The notes below the pieces were generated by a model. It did not search any database. It saw only the letters and a list, made by a program, of their open reading frames with translations, and was not told the DNA's origin. Below are positions 27,503-42,093 of a stretch of 64,000 bases of DNA, piece by piece (within the stretch, counting starts at the first letter, position 1; every line of letters starts with the position of its first letter). The position numbers and the translations under genes were made by a program. The stretch is from Eledone cirrhosa (taxonomy: Eukaryota): positions 108,686,001 to 108,750,000 of the forward strand of contig OZ024744.1 of the NCBI GenBank assembly GCA_964016885.1, in the 5' to 3' direction.

Positions 27503-30500
27503 ATGGCCGTATTAAGAGTAGAAAGTTTAAATGTTCGAGGCCTGGTATCGTCCTGGAAGCAGGGTCACCTGCTCAACGACTTCAGGTCTCTAGAAATGGA
27601 TGTAATTGCCGTCAGCGAGACCAGGACTTCCGACACGCTCGCACTAGCCCCAATTTTCGAAGACTATCAGATCTTTGCATCTGTTAGTCGGCCGGGAATG
27701 GGAGGTGGGGTGGCAGTGCTGTTTATGAAAGGCCTGGATCTCGAGGTAAGGTCAATCTTCCGGGACCCGGACGGGAAGTTGGTGGTCCTGGACGTGAACA
27801 ATAACGAAGGTGGTGCCTTTAGACTGGTGGCCGTCTATGCTCCTACTGTGGCAGGACGGCCGGACTTCTTTAGACGCCTGGAAGCCTTTCTGGTTACGTC
27901 TCGCCCTTTACTGTTAGCGGGGAACTGGAACGGCATCTTAGAAGCACGCTGGGACTGTGTGGGAGTACCCGATAGGAGCGGGGGTGCAAAAGCCTAAAGA
28001 ACCTTATCAGCCAGTTCCAACTGTCTGACAGGTACCGACTAGATTTCCCTAATGCGCCAGTGTGGAGCTGGACTAACCGCATAGAGTCATCTAGATCATA
28101 TATAGACAGGATTTTCATTAGGAAAATAGACAGAAATAGTGTAAGCTGTCCACGTTTTGAAACGGTCGCCTATTCAGATCACAAGTTTGTGATCTGTATG
28201 GTCGACCTAGATAAGACGCGTAGGTTAGGACCTGATTACTGGAAGCAGAACATGTCATTTCCGGCACGTAAGGCTTATAGGGACCAGGTCAACAATTTAG
28301 TTAAGAAAAAGTTGACAGGGAAAGTCGTCAACAATAGATGGTAGGGGGCTCTCAAAAGAGAGATTAGAGTAATGTCGATAGAGTTTAGCAAAGAAGTAGC
28401 ATTAGAGAAAAATAGAAAGGAGGGGGAGTTGGTAGATAAGTTAGACGAGGCTATCGGTAGTGGCATTGCAACTAACGTGTTAGCGGCGAGAATGGCATTA
28501 GACCATTTCTTCAATGCGAAACACGAAGGTTGCATTGTCAGAGCTAAGGCGCGTGCTCTGAGAAACGAGGGAACCAAAGCTGTTCGATGGGCCCACGTGG
28601 CGGAGGCGCAGCGTGGTAATAAAACCACGATTCAGTCTTTGACGGACCGAGACGGGCACGAGCTGAGCGATTCCAAGAGAGTGTGTGAGGCCTTTCGCCA
28701 ACATTTTGCTCGGTTGTTCGGGGGAAGTGTCGGGTCAGAGACGGTGGAGGACTTCAATCCCTAACTCGATGGCTTGCCGCAACTGTCTACGGCCGACGCT
28801 GGGCGCTGCGAAAGGCCGATTACTTCAGCCGAGATTCAGGATGCCCTTGACGGCTGCATGAGGCGCAAGTCACCCGGTTTAGATGGTCTGCCCTACGAGC
28901 TTTACGTAAATATGCCAGACTTGTTCTCTAATCTCCTCGAAGCGCTCTACAGCAACTGGCAGCAAAACGGGAGTATTCCCAGTTCTGTGAGCCGGGGCGT
29001 AGTGACGCTGATAAGGAAAGACGAGAACAAGAGGGACACATTAGACAATTTCAGGCCCATAACTCTGCTCAACACAGGTTTTAAGATTTTGGCCAGGGTG
29101 TTAGCGAAGAGGTTGGCGCTTGTCGAGTATTTGGTGGTGGTGGTGGGGGGGGGGGGGGGGGGGGGGGGGGGGCAAACTTGCGCAATCCCAACCAGGTCCA
29201 TACACGACAGCCACCACCTGATGCGATGCATCATAGAGAGAGTAGGGTGTAAACCTGGCTTCGGTGGGGCTCTGATCAATTTATATCAATCGAAAGCATT
29301 CGATAGGGTCGACCATCGATACCTGGATGCTGTCCTCAAAGCAGCTGGCTTCGGCCCTGTCTTTAGAAGCTGGATCTCTGCAATGCACAGCGGCACCTGC
29401 TCGGTGGTCAAAATTAATGGCCACCTCTCGGAACCGTTTCAGGTCTCCCAATCGGTCCGTCAAGGGTGCCCTCTCTCCTCCCTTCTGTACGTATTGACTC
29501 TCGAGCCTTTACTGCGGAAGCTGGAGCTGTTGCAGGGCATCCCACTCGAACCGGGGCGCGGAAAGGCGGTGTCGGCTTATGCAGACGACATCATCGTGAT
29601 GGTGTCAGACACCTCAGAAATCGAGGTGGTCGGCAACTTATTGGAGGAATATGAAAGGTTGACGGGATCAAAACTTACCCGGAAAAGTCGGTGGGCTTGC
29701 AAGTCGGAGACGAAAGTCCATGCCGTCCAACAGCGTCGTTAGGCGCGGGAAAGACGGGCCGGTAAAGTTGCTCGGGGTTTGGTTCGGGCCAGACCTCCAG
29801 GTGGATAAGAATTGGGACGAGGTGACGGGCAGGGTAGCCAGTCTCACCCAGAAATGGACTGCGAGAAAGCTATCACTGAAAGGTCGGGCGGAGGTGGCGA
29901 ACGCGTACATCGCGTCCGTCATCTACTACCGTCTGACCGTCGTCCCTTGCCCCCGTTCGCACCTCGCCATCTTGGAGCGGCTCCTCTTCAAATTCTTGTG
30001 GAGTCGTCAGGTTCCGTTGGTGAGGCGGTCCATCTGCTTCCAGCACCCTCTACGTGGAGGGCTGGGCATGCCGTGGCTAATGATGCGCAGACACGCGCTG
30101 AGTCTGCGGCATCTCCAGATATTCTGCTCAAGCTGTGAACAGGTGTGGTCGCCGTTTGTCAGACGGGCCTTTCCGCAGCTCCTCTCTTTGACTGAGCTGC
30201 AGTCCTGAGTCAAGAAGAGACCGAGACTGGGTGACTGGCATCTGTAATGTTGCCAAGCACTCACTTCCCTCTACCAGGCGGGCAATGCGGTCGTGGAACT
30301 TCCACTCTCGAGTTCTATAGAGGATTAGTGGTGGGCAAGTGCGACGACGCATTTGGAGAGGCTCTGGGCGTCGACGAAGTCGAACTAACCAGTCTGTTCC
30401 GGAGGACTTTCGAGCCGGGGACGATGGATAATTTCCAAAAATCCCTCGCCGGTTCGAGATAAACTCTACAGACACAGAAGTGCTGTCAGACGGACCTGCC

Positions 30501-30830
30501 CGAGATGCGCGCAGAGCGACGAAACCGTTCTGCACGCACTCGTTCATAGTGAAGATTGACCCGCCGCCTTTTTTTAGCCAGGAAGGGCAGGCAATTTTCC
30601 TCTGTCTGGTGGCAGTAGCGAAAGAGGTTGTATGGTGGACGAGGTTGAAAGTAATGAAGACAGACACTTTTCTCTTCGGTCAATCCCTCATCAACTTTTT
30701 CAAGTTTCACTTGGAAAGGAAGGTGAGGGTGGAGAGTGAAGTGCTTCCCACCAGTTCATTTGTTGAAAGGTGGGCGAATGTGGCGAGAATGGCCCGTGTG
30801 AGTGGGCCTACTCTGGTCATGCGCCTGTAG
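27503..30830 (+). pseudogene. L1/Tx1 ORF2 (APE endonuclease + RT), multiple frameshifts
   Basis: ORF segments 27503-27997, 28060-28344, 28372-28764, 28774-29742, 29720-30208, 30480-30830. Confidence 0.88.
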
Positions 30831-31079
30831 ATGGGTAAATTTGATGAGGAGAGGGGTGCCCTTCCAGGGTGCTCTCGAAGCGCTGGTCGTTCAGTATTGG
30901 TGGGCTACCTGAGCTAACCCTGGGTGGTCATCCCCCCCTATTGGGGAATTTTTCTTGTATTTTTCTTGTTACTTTGTTATTATTATTCATATTGTTTACT
31001 CGACTTTTCTGTAAAACCCTACCTTCCTTTCTTGTATTGTCCCCTATATGTCGGCCCCTGTGGCCAATAAATGAAATCG

Positions 31080-31682
31080 TTACGCGTGTGGAACGAATCC
31101 GGCTATCGGCCAAGTCCATAGTGACGATCGACCCGCCACCTTCCTTAGGTCAGGAAGAGCAGGAAATTTTCCTCTGTCTGGTGGCAGTTGCGAAAGAGGT
31201 TATATGGTGAACCAGGTTAAAAGGACTGAAGACAGACACTTTTCTCTTCGGCCAATCCCTCATCAACTTCTTCAAGTTTCACCTGGAAAGGAAGGTGAGG
31301 GTGGAGAGAGAAGTGCTGCCCCCCAGTACATTTTCTAAAAGGTGGATGAATATGGCGAGAATGGCCCGTGTGAATGGGCCTACTCTGACCATGCGCCTAT
31401 AGGCTAGCTAACTTGAGGAGAGGGGTGCTCTCCCTAGGTGTCCTAGAAGCGCAGGGTGGTTCAGGATTGGTGGGGTACCCGAATCACCCCAGGGTCGTCC
31501 ACCCCCTATCGAGGAATTTATTTTGTTATAGTTATGCATAGTTTATTTTATATTTTTTATATCTTCATTGTTAAATTAGTCTTGCCATTGTGCACTTTTA
31601 TTCGACCTTATTGTAAACCCCCACTGTCCCTGTCTTTGTATTGTCCCCTACATGTCGGGACTTGTGGCTAATAAATGAAATC
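31080..31682 (+). mobile_element. Tandem 3' fragment of the same L1/Tx1 family
   Basis: Repeats the 3' ORF2/UTR; ends AATAAATGAAATC + (ATT)n. Confidence 0.85.
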
Positions 31683-31714
31683 ATTATTATTATTATTATT
31701 ATTCTGAGTTCAGA

Positions 31715-31838
31715 TCTGAGTTCAAATCCCGCCGAGGTTGACTTTGCCTTTCATCCTTACGGGGTCGATAAAATAAAGTACCAGTAATGCACTGAGTAAT
31801 TGCTGGCCTTGTGCTTAAAGTAGAAACAATTATTATTT
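31715..31838 (+). mobile_element. Nin-like SINE, 5'-truncated
   Basis: Core + TTA tail. Confidence 0.85.
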
Positions 31839-31849
31839 TTTTATTTATT

Positions 31850-33235
31850 TTCTTTCCTTATTGTTTCTGAGATATATGCCGAGTGTCTTCCTGACACCTA
31901 GGGCAAATAAATTCACAGTGTGCATTGGTAAGCCAGTTAATACAGCACATTGATTATAATTTTTAAAAAAACAGTATACATATATACACATGTGCATATG
32001 CATATGTAAATACAAGGAGGGATATCAATCTTACAGAGATAGTGCTCTTCTCAATACGTGTGCAGTACCTGTCAAAACAATTTTTTGCACCTCGTGCAGA
32101 GAGGGTAAACCAGGAATTATTCACAAATATTGTTCTGTTCCTTTCTTGATCATTCCCAGTCCTCCCACAATCACTGGTATTGTAACGGCCTTGAGGTGCC
32201 ACATTTTCTCAATTTCAATAAGCAGATCTTTATATTTTCGTAGCTTGTCAAATTCTTTTGTCGCGATATTGTGATCACATGGGATGCTCATATCTATCAA
32301 TAAACAGACCTTGTTATGTTGGTCTTTTACAATGATGTCAGGTCTATTTGCTTTAATGGTCCTGTCAGTATGTACAGGAAATTCCTGTTACTTTTTCTCC
32401 TTCAGTTACAGCCTCAGGGTGATGATTGTACCACTTGTCTTCAGCTTTGATTTTGTAATGTCGACATATTACTCAGTGTAGATATTGGCCAACTCTGTCA
32501 TGTCTATATTTGTATTCTACTGGTGCTAAAACTTTACACCCAGAGACTAAGTGATCCACTGTTTCAACCTCAGCATTGCAGAATCGGTACTTTGGGTTTA
32601 TTCCGTTTATCATCCCATTGGCCTGGTAATTACGAGTCAATAAGCTTTGATATTGGGCAGCTAAGATGAAGCCTTCACTCTCCGCCTTTAGCCCTGAACT
32701 ACGTAGCCACTGATGGGTGTGCTTTTGATCAACATCAGCTTGTTTGCTACGGGCCACATATTTGCCATGCAGAGGTTTCTACTCCCAATTTGATGCTAAT
32801 TGTCCTTGCCCTTTTGCTTTTGCCAGTGATGTTATGTGCCTAGCAGCATCAGTTGCAACAGTTTCTTTAGTCTGTCCAGCCTGGGTATCAAGCATGAGAT
32901 CAGTAGCATATTTTTTGCTCTCCTTCAAGATAGAATGAAGCTTCTTACTTCTCTCATGCTTTTCAACAAGTTTCAGCATACAGTCGTTAGTTGTTTCAAG
33001 GTATTTGGCCAGTCCAATGTAAGCAAGTTCAAATTGGATCAGGCCGCGACCTCCTTGAGTTCTAGGAAGGTAAAGACGATCCATATCTGCTTTTGGATGG
33101 TGCATCCTATTACAGGTCAGTAGCTTACGGACTTTGGTGTCGATTCTTTTGATTTCACTCATATTCCAGTTTAACACACCGAAGCTATAAGTGACAACTG
33201 GAACTGCCAAGGAATTTATGGCTAATACCTTGTTA
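31850..33235 (-). mobile_element. R4/Dong-like non-LTR retrotransposon, 3' part (zinc knuckle + RLE)
   Basis: RLYLPR..GGRGL, WL..SGLKAESEG...AAQ, RFC..ETVDHLVSGC, RHD.V, IKANRPDIIV, LIDMSIP. Confidence 0.8.
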
Positions 33236-33244
33236 TAATATTAT

Positions 33245-33346
33245 TCCCGCCGAGGTTAACTTTGCCTTTCATCCTTACAGGGTCGATAAAATAAAGTACC
33301 AGTAATGCACTGGGTAATTGCTGGCCTTGTGCCAAAAGTAGAAACA

Positions 33347-33406
<60 letters not shown>

Positions 33407-33422
33407 GTTGTTGTTGTTGTTG
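33245..33422 (+). mobile_element. Nin-like SINE 3' part + (TTA)n(TTG)n
   Basis: Core + tail. Confidence 0.85.
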
Positions 33423-33439
33423 ATGGTGGTCGTCTTACT

Positions 33440-36400
33440 GAGAAGACTTGTTTTTTTGTGAGCTCCGCAATGTAGTACATTTTCAAAACGTTCATTCAAA
33501 TCTACTGTTGTATATTTTTGAAAAAGGGTCGTAAGACTTCCGCCTTTTCCCTGTGAAGAAGAGACGCTATAATATTTCGGCCTCCTGGCCCAAATATTGG
33601 AACTTTGTTTAAAAAATATTTTCTTTTTTTTTTGAAAAAAAAAAACATGGCTGAGCCACGCCCTCCACTTTAAATCTGCTGTCGTGTGACAGCAAACACA
33701 ACATGCAACAACAAATTTAACAACACCACCACAAACAACATGAACAACGACAACAACAACAGCTGTAACAGTGACAACCAAAACACAGACAACAAAAACA
33801 ACCACGAAATTAACAACAACACCAACAGGAACATGAATAACGACAGCTCCAAGAGTAACAAAGAAACAAGGCAAGAAAGCAAAAAGCAACAACAACAACA
33901 ACAACAACGACAACAAAGAGAAAAACCCTTTCGCTGCCACAGCAGCCACGAAAAAGGCGATACTTTAGCATGGACTTGACGGACAAGGATAAAAAGTTGG
34001 CTCAGGCATGGAAACTCATCAAACAGGAACAAACCTTGGCCAACTTAACTGTCCCGACAGAGGCCAAAGAAGCGATGGAGAGGAGAACTCTGGTCTTTAG
34101 ATGCATCTCAGCTGAGACGAAAAAAGCTACCAACACTCCCCAAGCAAACGTCGAGGCTGCGCTAAGGTACATCGGAGACGATACAGATTACATAGCGATG
34201 GGGAGACAATACGGCACCATATCGGTGATGTTTAAATCAGAAGCCCCCCACCCACCCCCCATTTGAAGCACGCAATGACTCCTTACAAAACCAGCAAATT
34301 TATAATGTACCCCTCCCACATGAAAAAAAAAAAAGGACAGTTAGAGTCTGCATTCCCAGAATTCCACCAGGACTAGATATGTGGTGGTTCTTGGGAATCG
34401 TGATTGTAGATGGGGAAGTTGCCCACACACACACTCCCACTCATCTGAAAGAAACACAGCAACCTCTTCATCACTGAGCGAAGATGAGGAGGAACACCAA
34501 AAAACCTAAAAAAGAAAAAAAAAACAAAAAAAAAACACAAGAAATCTCACACACCAACACAAACAACACCAAACAGAGAAGACACACATTCGCACCAAAC
34601 ACAGACACACATACTACAACCTCCCCCCCCTCCCCAACTACAACACAACCGTCAACACAAACACCATCTCCACCAACAACACTACCACTAACACCACCAA
34701 CAACTAAAGTAAACACACACAGAGCAACAACTCACAACCACAACAACACCTAACTTCGTGTTAGTGAGGAAATCGAACACAAAACTACTGTACCTTATAA
34801 CACGAAGCTAGGAAATAGAGAAAGAGGGGAAGTCATTTAGCAGCTGCACCTTCAAAGTGGCACAAACACCTTTGCAGGTGCGGATGCCATTAAACAATTA
34901 TAAAACAATTAGAGAAAAGCTTCCCCAACGACGCGGGAATACCCAGTGTAAAATCCTCAAGTAGGCTTTTAAAGGGGTTCCCAAAGGAACCCCATCAACC
35001 AGGCATGGGGGGTCGAACCACCGACCTCCAACAACATCCGGAGAGTAAGTAACTCTCTCCTTTTTTCTAACCAACATGGGGATGTTAAGAGTGGGATGCA
35101 TAAAGCTCGGGGTCTGGGGTCGGCCTGGAAGCAGGGCCGCTTGCAGGATTTCCGACACGACCGCACTTGCCCCTATTCTTAACGACTTTGAGATCTACGC
35201 ATCCCTTAGTCGGCCTGGAATGGGATGTGGGGTGGCAGTGTTGTTGTTTAGAAAAGGCCTGGATCTCGAAGGAAGATCGATCTTCCGGGACCAGGACGAT
35301 AAGCTGGTAGTTCTAGATGTGAACAATAGAGAAGGTGGTGCTTTTAGACTGGCGCGGGACGACCAGATTTCTTTAGTTGTCTGGAAGTCTTTCTAGAAAG
35401 GTCTCGCCCTTTAGTATTATCGGGGGACTGGAACGGCATCTTAAACAGACGCTGGGATTGTGTGGGAGCAGCCGACAGATGTGAGGGTGGGGGTGAAAAG
35501 CCTCAAGTACCTGATCAGCCAGTTCCAACTGTCTGGCAGGTACCGACTAGATTTCCCTAATGCGCCAGTGTGGACGTGGACCAACCACATAGGGTTATCT
35601 AGATCGTATATTGACAGGATTTTCATTAGGAAAATAGATAGAAATAGTGTAAGACTTTTTAAAACGATCGCCTATTCAGATCACAAGTTTGTTATCTGAA
35701 TGGTCGGCCTAGATAAGACACGTAGGTTAAGACCTGGTTACTGGAAGCTGAACATGTTGTTTCCGGCACGTAAGGATTACAGAGACCGGGTCACCAATTT
35801 AGTTAAGCAAAAGGTGACAGGGGTGTGGGTCGTCAACAACAGGTGGTGGTGGTGGTGGCGGTGGGGGACTCTCAAAAGAGAGATTAGAGTAATATCGAAG
35901 AATTGTTAGAGAAAAATAGAAATAAGGGGCAGTTGGTAGATAAGTTGGTGGCATTGCAACTGACGTGCTAGCGGCGAGAATGGCATTAGACCATTTCCTC
36001 AATGCGAAACATGAAGGTTGTATTGTCAGAGCTAGAGCGCGTGCTCTGAGAAACGATGGAACCAAAGCTGTCCGATGGGCCCGCGTGGCAGAGGCGCAGC
36101 GTGGTAATAAAACCACAAATCGGTCTTTGACGGATCGAGGCGGACACGAGCTGAGCGATTCCAGGCAGATGTGCGCAGCCTTTCCTTAGGACTTTGCCCA
36201 GCTGTTCGGGTGGAGTGGTGGGTAGGAGACGGTGGCGGACTTCAGTTAATGTCTCGACGGCCGATTGTGGGTACTGCGAAAGGCATATTTACGTAAAGCT
36301 CGTAGGGCAGACCATCCAATCCAGGTAATGTGCACCTTGTTCAGCCAACAAGGGCATCCTGAACTTCGGCCTCAATTCAGGATGCTCTTGTTGGCTGCAC

Positions 36401-38170
36401 GAGGCGCAAGTAACCCGGTTTAGATATGTCTGCCCTACGAGCTTTACGTAAGTATGACAGCCTTGTTCTTCGATCTCCTCCAAGCGCTCTACTGCAACTG
36501 ACAGCAGAATGGGAGTATTCCCAGTTCTGTGAGCCGGGGCGTAGTGACGCTGATAAGGAAAGACGAAAACAAGAAGGACACATTAGACAACTTCAGGCCC
36601 ATAACTCTGCTAAACACGGAGTTTAAGATTTTGGCCAAGGTGTTAACAAAGCAGTTGGAGGTTGTCGTCGAGGATTTGGTTGGGGAGGCACAAATTTGCA
36701 CAATCCCCACCAGGTCCATACACGACAACCTTCACCTCATGCGATATATCATAGAGAGGGTAGGGTGTAAACCTGGCTTCGGTGGGGCTCTGCTCAATCG
36801 AAAGTTTTCGAAAGGATCGATCACCAATAGCTGGAGGCTGTACCCATGGCGGCTGGCTTCGGCCCCGTCTTCAGAAGCTGGATCGCTGCAATGCGTAGCG
36901 GCATCTGCTCCGTGGTCAAAATCAATGGCCACCTTTCGGAACCGTTTCAGATGTCCGGATCGGTCCGTCAAGGGTGCCCTCTCTCCCACCTTCTGTACGT
37001 ATTGATTCTCGAACCTTTACTGCGGAAGTTGGAGCTGTTGCAGGACATCCCGTTCGAACCCGGGATGCGGAAGGACTGTGTTGACATACGCAGACGACAT
37101 CACCATGATAGTGTCGAACACCTCGGAAATCGAGGTGGTCGGCACCTTTTTGGAGGAATATGAAAGGTTGACAGAGGCAAAACTAAACCCGGAAATGGTG
37201 GTGGTTTTGCAGCTCGGCACCTGGAAAGGCAAGTCCTTGTCGTCCAAAAGCTTCGTCGGGCGCTTGACGGACGCACCGGCAAATTTGCTCGGGATTTGTT
37301 TTCGTCCAGACCTCGAGGTGGATAAGAATTGGGACGAGGTGACGATCAGGGTAGCCACTCTAAACCAGAAATGGGCTGCGAGGAAGCTTTCCCTGAAAGG
37401 TCGGGTGGAGGTGACGAACGCCTACATCGCGTCTGTCATCTACTACCGCTTGACCGTCATGCCTTGCCTCCGTTCGCGCCTTGCCAAATTGGAGCGGCTC
37501 CTCTTCAACTTCTTGTGGAGGGGACAGGTTCCATTGGTGAAGTGGTCCATTTTCTTCCCGCACGCTCTACATGGAGGGCTGGGCATGCCATGGCTAATGA
37601 TGCGCAGACATGCGTTATGGTTGCGACATCCCCAGATATTCTGCCTAAATGGTGAACAGGTGTAGTCACCGTTTGTCAGACGGACCCCTCCGCAGCTCAC
37701 CTCGTTGACTGAGCTGCTGTCCTGGTACAAGAAGACACCGAGACAGGGTGACTGGCATCTGGAATGTGGCCAGGCACTTACTGCCCTCTACCAAGCGGGT
37801 GATGCGGTCAGTGGAACTTCCACTATCAAGTTCTATAGAGGTATAGCGGTGGGCAAGTGCGACGACGGTCTCGCAGAGATTCTAGGCGTCGACGAGATCG
37901 AACTAGGAGGATTTCGAGCCGGGGACTATCCCTTGCTTGGCAGTGCTACCGGGGAGCCCTGCCGGTTCGAGATAAACTCTATAGGCATGGAAGTGCTGTC
38001 AGACGGAGCTGTCTGAGATGAGCATTGAGTAACGAAACCGCTTTACACGCACTCCTCCAGTGTCCGTGTATGGACTTATGGAGTTATGTCGAACAGCTGT
38101 TGTCGCATGTAGGAAGGTCAGGCAGTTTTCCTCTCTCTGATGGTAGTAGTGAAAGAGGTTGTGTTGTGGT
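33440..38170 (+). mobile_element. L1/Tx1-like LINE copy 3, 5' portion (interrupted by the Gypsy element; resumes 42094-42525)
   Basis: Colinear homology to copy 2; TYADD. Confidence 0.88.
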
Positions 38171-38440
38171 TGTGGTTAGAAAAAGCTATCTCACTTACCG
38201 CTTTTCATAGGCGCCGCTAAATCCCATGGCTGGTTTCTCCTCTTCGACGTGCGTCCAACTCATTAATACCCGGGAGCTCCCAAACTCGCATCCACCACGT
38301 TTCTGATCACCACTAGAGAGAGACCGATCTGATGGCCATTCCGGTCGAGCACCCTTCCGGCCAAGCACCCTTCCGGTCAAGAACTCTTCCGGTCGCGCAC
38401 TCCCCAGCTTCTGGCCACCGCACACCACACCATACCCACA
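38171..38440 (-). repeat. 3' LTR (270 bp), with polypurine tract AGGGGGCG immediately upstream (38441-38448)
   Basis: TG...CA; the ~100 bp at its high-coordinate end match 41990-42093. Confidence 0.85.
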
Positions 38441-41400
38441 CGCCCCCTGATCTCAAGGATCAATTTCCCCCTCGTCCTTCTGCATATGAAAGTCTGCTGT
38501 CCAGGTTGATGGTTTGCGACTTCTTTGCCATCTCCCCAGTGTTGGGACGGCACTTTGGGTTTCCTCTTCCTCGGAGTCCGTTGACACAGTGATTCTACGG
38601 ACATCCATGACATGACGTGGTACTCCGTCCACGGACACATTGTTCTGGGAATTTACGGCCGTCACCGTTCCCCTTCCCCATTGAGATGTGCAACGTGCAT
38701 CTGGGGGCTTAACCCAGACTTCTTCGCCCACCTGCACGAATGCATTCTCTCTCCCCACTGGCCGTTGTGGTGGCGTGCACGGGTGCCGCCACTCGTATCT
38801 GAATACTGCTCTGTGTGGCACTGATTCCTCAACCTGTCCCACCCGAGGGGACATGTTGTACCAGAACACTGCCTCCATTGGTGAGATATGACCCCACTCA
38901 GCCATTGCCTTGTTCATCCGGTGGTGTCGCTCCACAATTCCATTTCCGCTCAGCCTGTACGCTGCTCTGAAGAAACGGTCCACCTTCCATCCATCGAGCA
39001 TCTCCCTCAGCGCCTCCTAGCTGAACGCTTCGCTGTTGTCCATCAGCAGTTCGTCCACAGGGCCCCGCTCCAAGAACACCTCTCTCAACGTCCGCATGAT
39101 TTCCTCGGCTGTTCCAGTCTTCATCTCCCTCCATATCGCCATCCGTCCCAGTCCACAGTTGACCATCGAGAGGTACGTTCCCTGTCGGTAGTGTGTTACA
39201 TCCACCGCCAATCGCTTCCAGTCACGATCCACCGGGAGGCTTCCCGTTTCGTGCACACCCGGGGCGGGATCAATGGACTGACATCGGACGCAGCCTCTAA
39301 CCCCCCCCCCCCCCCGAACACTGTGTCTGTTAACGTCCGAGTCGATTCTCCTGGCTAGGAACAGAGTCCTATCCACTCCCATGTGGTGCATGTCATGCAA
39401 CCCTTTCAGATCCAACTCGGCCAGCCCACACATGGCAGCTATCTCCTCTTCTACCTCCTCCGGCGCTTCCATCCAGGCTTTCTTCACCCTGGTTAAGACG
39501 TCCGCCCTATTTTTCTCTGAGGGCACGAAAACTACGCTCAGCCTCAGGTCGAACTCGGTGGCCAGCTTTCCTAAAGTTCCCAGGCGGCGCTTTATCAGCA
39601 TCTCCGCCGCCCCTCTCGTTCGCACTCTCTTCTCACTGGTGAGCACTGATTTCACCCATCCGAGTACAGTAGCCGAGTCGGTGCGTATCTCGATGGTGCG
39701 CAGTCCCCACCTCAGGGCGAGGTTCAACACTCTCAACACCGCGTCCAGCTCGGCCACATTGATGTGGTTGCAGTCGTCCTTCTTCCTAAGCCAGGCTGCA
39801 TCCTCTTCTTCCTAAGCCAGGCTGCATCCTCGACCTCAACACCTCCTATCTCCAACGTGACACCCAGCGCTATGCTGCTGGCATCGCACGATACGGTCCC
39901 GCTCTGCAATTTGGGAACATACTAGCGTCCCCGCACTGGGTCGTCGGCCTTCACCCTCTCCACGATCTCCTGCACCATGGCCACCGTCCTCTCTCCCACT
40001 CTGTTACTCCAAGTCACTCCTCCCACTCGTCTCTTGACATAGCTGAATGCCGTCCGGAGCCACCCAGCAATCGGGTAGTGACCCACCAACTTTCCACACA
40101 CCGAGAAAAGCTCCCGCCTACTCATACTTGGGCCCAGTTGTGGAACTTCATTTCCGCTCTGGAATACCAAGACGCCCGTCCTGTCTCGCCGTAGCCTAAG
40201 TCCCAGCGCGGCTCCTCCCTCCAACGCTTCTGACGGCTTCGCAGCAAGTCCATACCCCTGTAAATGGCTCGTGACCTCCGCCGCCGACACTACAAACTCG
40301 TCCACTAGGATGTCATCAATGTAGGAATTAGTGGCCTTCTTCATCTTGTCGGCCTTTCCCAGAATGGTCTTGAGGACCACCACCATGATCTTCGGTGCGG
40401 AGCTCAGCCCGAAACCGAGCCTGGTCAGGCAATATGTCCGGCCCTTATACCTGACCAGCTGATTCTGCCAGAGCTTCTCATATATATGCAATTGCAAGTA
40501 TGCCGACTTTAGATCTACGATTGCGGAACCCCCCGTCATGCGTCTCCACTCACGCATGGTTTCCCCACAGACATCCATGACCTCGCCACCCGTATGGCAT
40601 GACACGTGCTCGTTCAGCTCCCGAAAGTCCAGTACCGGCCTCACCTTGTTGTTCGTGGGTTGCGACACCGCTATTAACGGCAATACTCCGCACTTCACCT
40701 CCTCTTTCCAGGGAAGCAGTATGCCCTCCTCAATCCATCTCTCTACCTTTCACTCGAACTCGCTCCTAATGTCTCCCTTCAATGTGTGTTGATAGCAGCC
40801 CACTTTGGTCTTCAGTGTTGGTGGTTCTCCCTTCCAGTACCACTCAACAACCCATCGCTGCCCAACGAACACGGCCTTGAAGTCTGTCCTGCACAGTGTA
40901 AGCGGGGTATTTCTCCTCGTGGGCCTTCTGGTTCTCCTGTCGCGTACTCACAGCGCATACCGATGCAGCGCCGCCAAACAACACACCGACGTTGTTCAGT
41001 GACGCCTCCTCGACGGCCAATTACGTCCATGCCCATAACTACGCCGATCCCATCCACCACGTTGTCAACTACGATGGCAGAAAGCCTTATTTTCCTTCCC
41101 CGTACTGCCATCTCCACCTCGCTGCGACCTCGGCATTCAATTTTCCTGCCGTCGACTGCCCTTACACTGCTCTTCCCTCTCCACCTCTGCGCCACCCCCG
41201 CGGTCACCAGTGTCGTCGTACAGCCCGTGTCCACGAGGGCTCGCTGTGGCTTTCCCCTCACGAAGACTTTCACCACGGGCAGCGCCTCTACTCGTAAGGG
41301 GCAACTACCGGCGCAGTAGTTCCCCTTGGATCGTTTCCCTGGTCGCAGTTAGTAGCGATGTGGCCTGGTCGCTTACACCGGTAGCATATTATTTCCGGCC

Positions 41401-41987
41401 TTGACTCTCTACAGTCTCTCGCCATGTGCGGGCCCTGGCACCTAAAACAGCGACCTCTAAACGTTCGCGGGCGACCGCGTACCGAGGTTGCCTCCCTTTC
41501 ACCATTTCGCTGCCAACTGTCTTGAGCCTCTGTAGTTGCTATCGCCGCGACACTCTTCTTGGCATCTTCTGCTATGATGCGGGCCTGCTCCACCAGTGAA
41601 CGCATCTCCATTTCTTTGTAACCCGGACTTGCTGCAGTTTCACCGCTATGTCGTCTGGAAATCCATTTATGAACGCCAACCGCATCGTGCGTTCGCATTC
41701 CACCCGATATCCAGCCAACATGGCCAATCGCCGTATTTCCGCTGCGAAAATGTCAACGCGTTCACCGTTCCATCTAATTCTTGCCAGCTTAGCAAAAGCG
41801 GCTAACGGTCCCTCCGCAAACGCTTCCATCATGCGCCTCTCAATCTTTTGCGCATCCCTTTGGCTGTGTTCATCCAACTCAAGGAATAGTACCAACGCGT
41901 CCCCCTCGAGGTACAGTGCCAGGAGGCCAGCCACATCTTCTATCTTCTGTAAGCTTGCGACCAGTAAATGCTGGCCAGTAAATGCTG

Positions 41988-42093
41988 GCTCTTCCGGTCG
42001 AGCACCCTTCCGGCCAAGCACCCTTCCGGTCAAGCACTCTTCCGGTCGAGCACTCCCCAGCTTCCGGCCACCGCACACCACACCATACCCACA
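41988..42093 (-). repeat. Truncated 5' LTR
   Basis: Matches 38340-38440; fused directly to gag. Confidence 0.85.

Larger units (their letters stand above)
25340..31077 (+). mobile_element. L1/Tx1-like LINE copy 2, near full length (ORF1 + APE-RT ORF2), decayed
   Basis: ORF1 with a Thr-rich N-terminus and CFVCGE..YLRAFC knuckle. ORF2 starts at ATG 27503 (SLNVRGL, SET, VYAP, SYIDRIF, YSDH, KSPGLDGLP, VRQGCPLS, AYADD). AATAAA at the 3' end. Confidence 0.9.
38171..42093 (-). mobile_element. Ty3/Gypsy LTR retrotransposon with a 5-bp TSD GTGGT
   Basis: Gag CCHC knuckles (CFRCQGPHMARDC, CYRCKRPGHIATNC), protease ALVDTGC, RT DLKSAYLQ/YIDD, RNase H, integrase HHCC/DDE, in PR-RT-RH-IN order. TG..CA ends. 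GTGGT at 38166-38170 and 42094-42098. Confidence 0.92.
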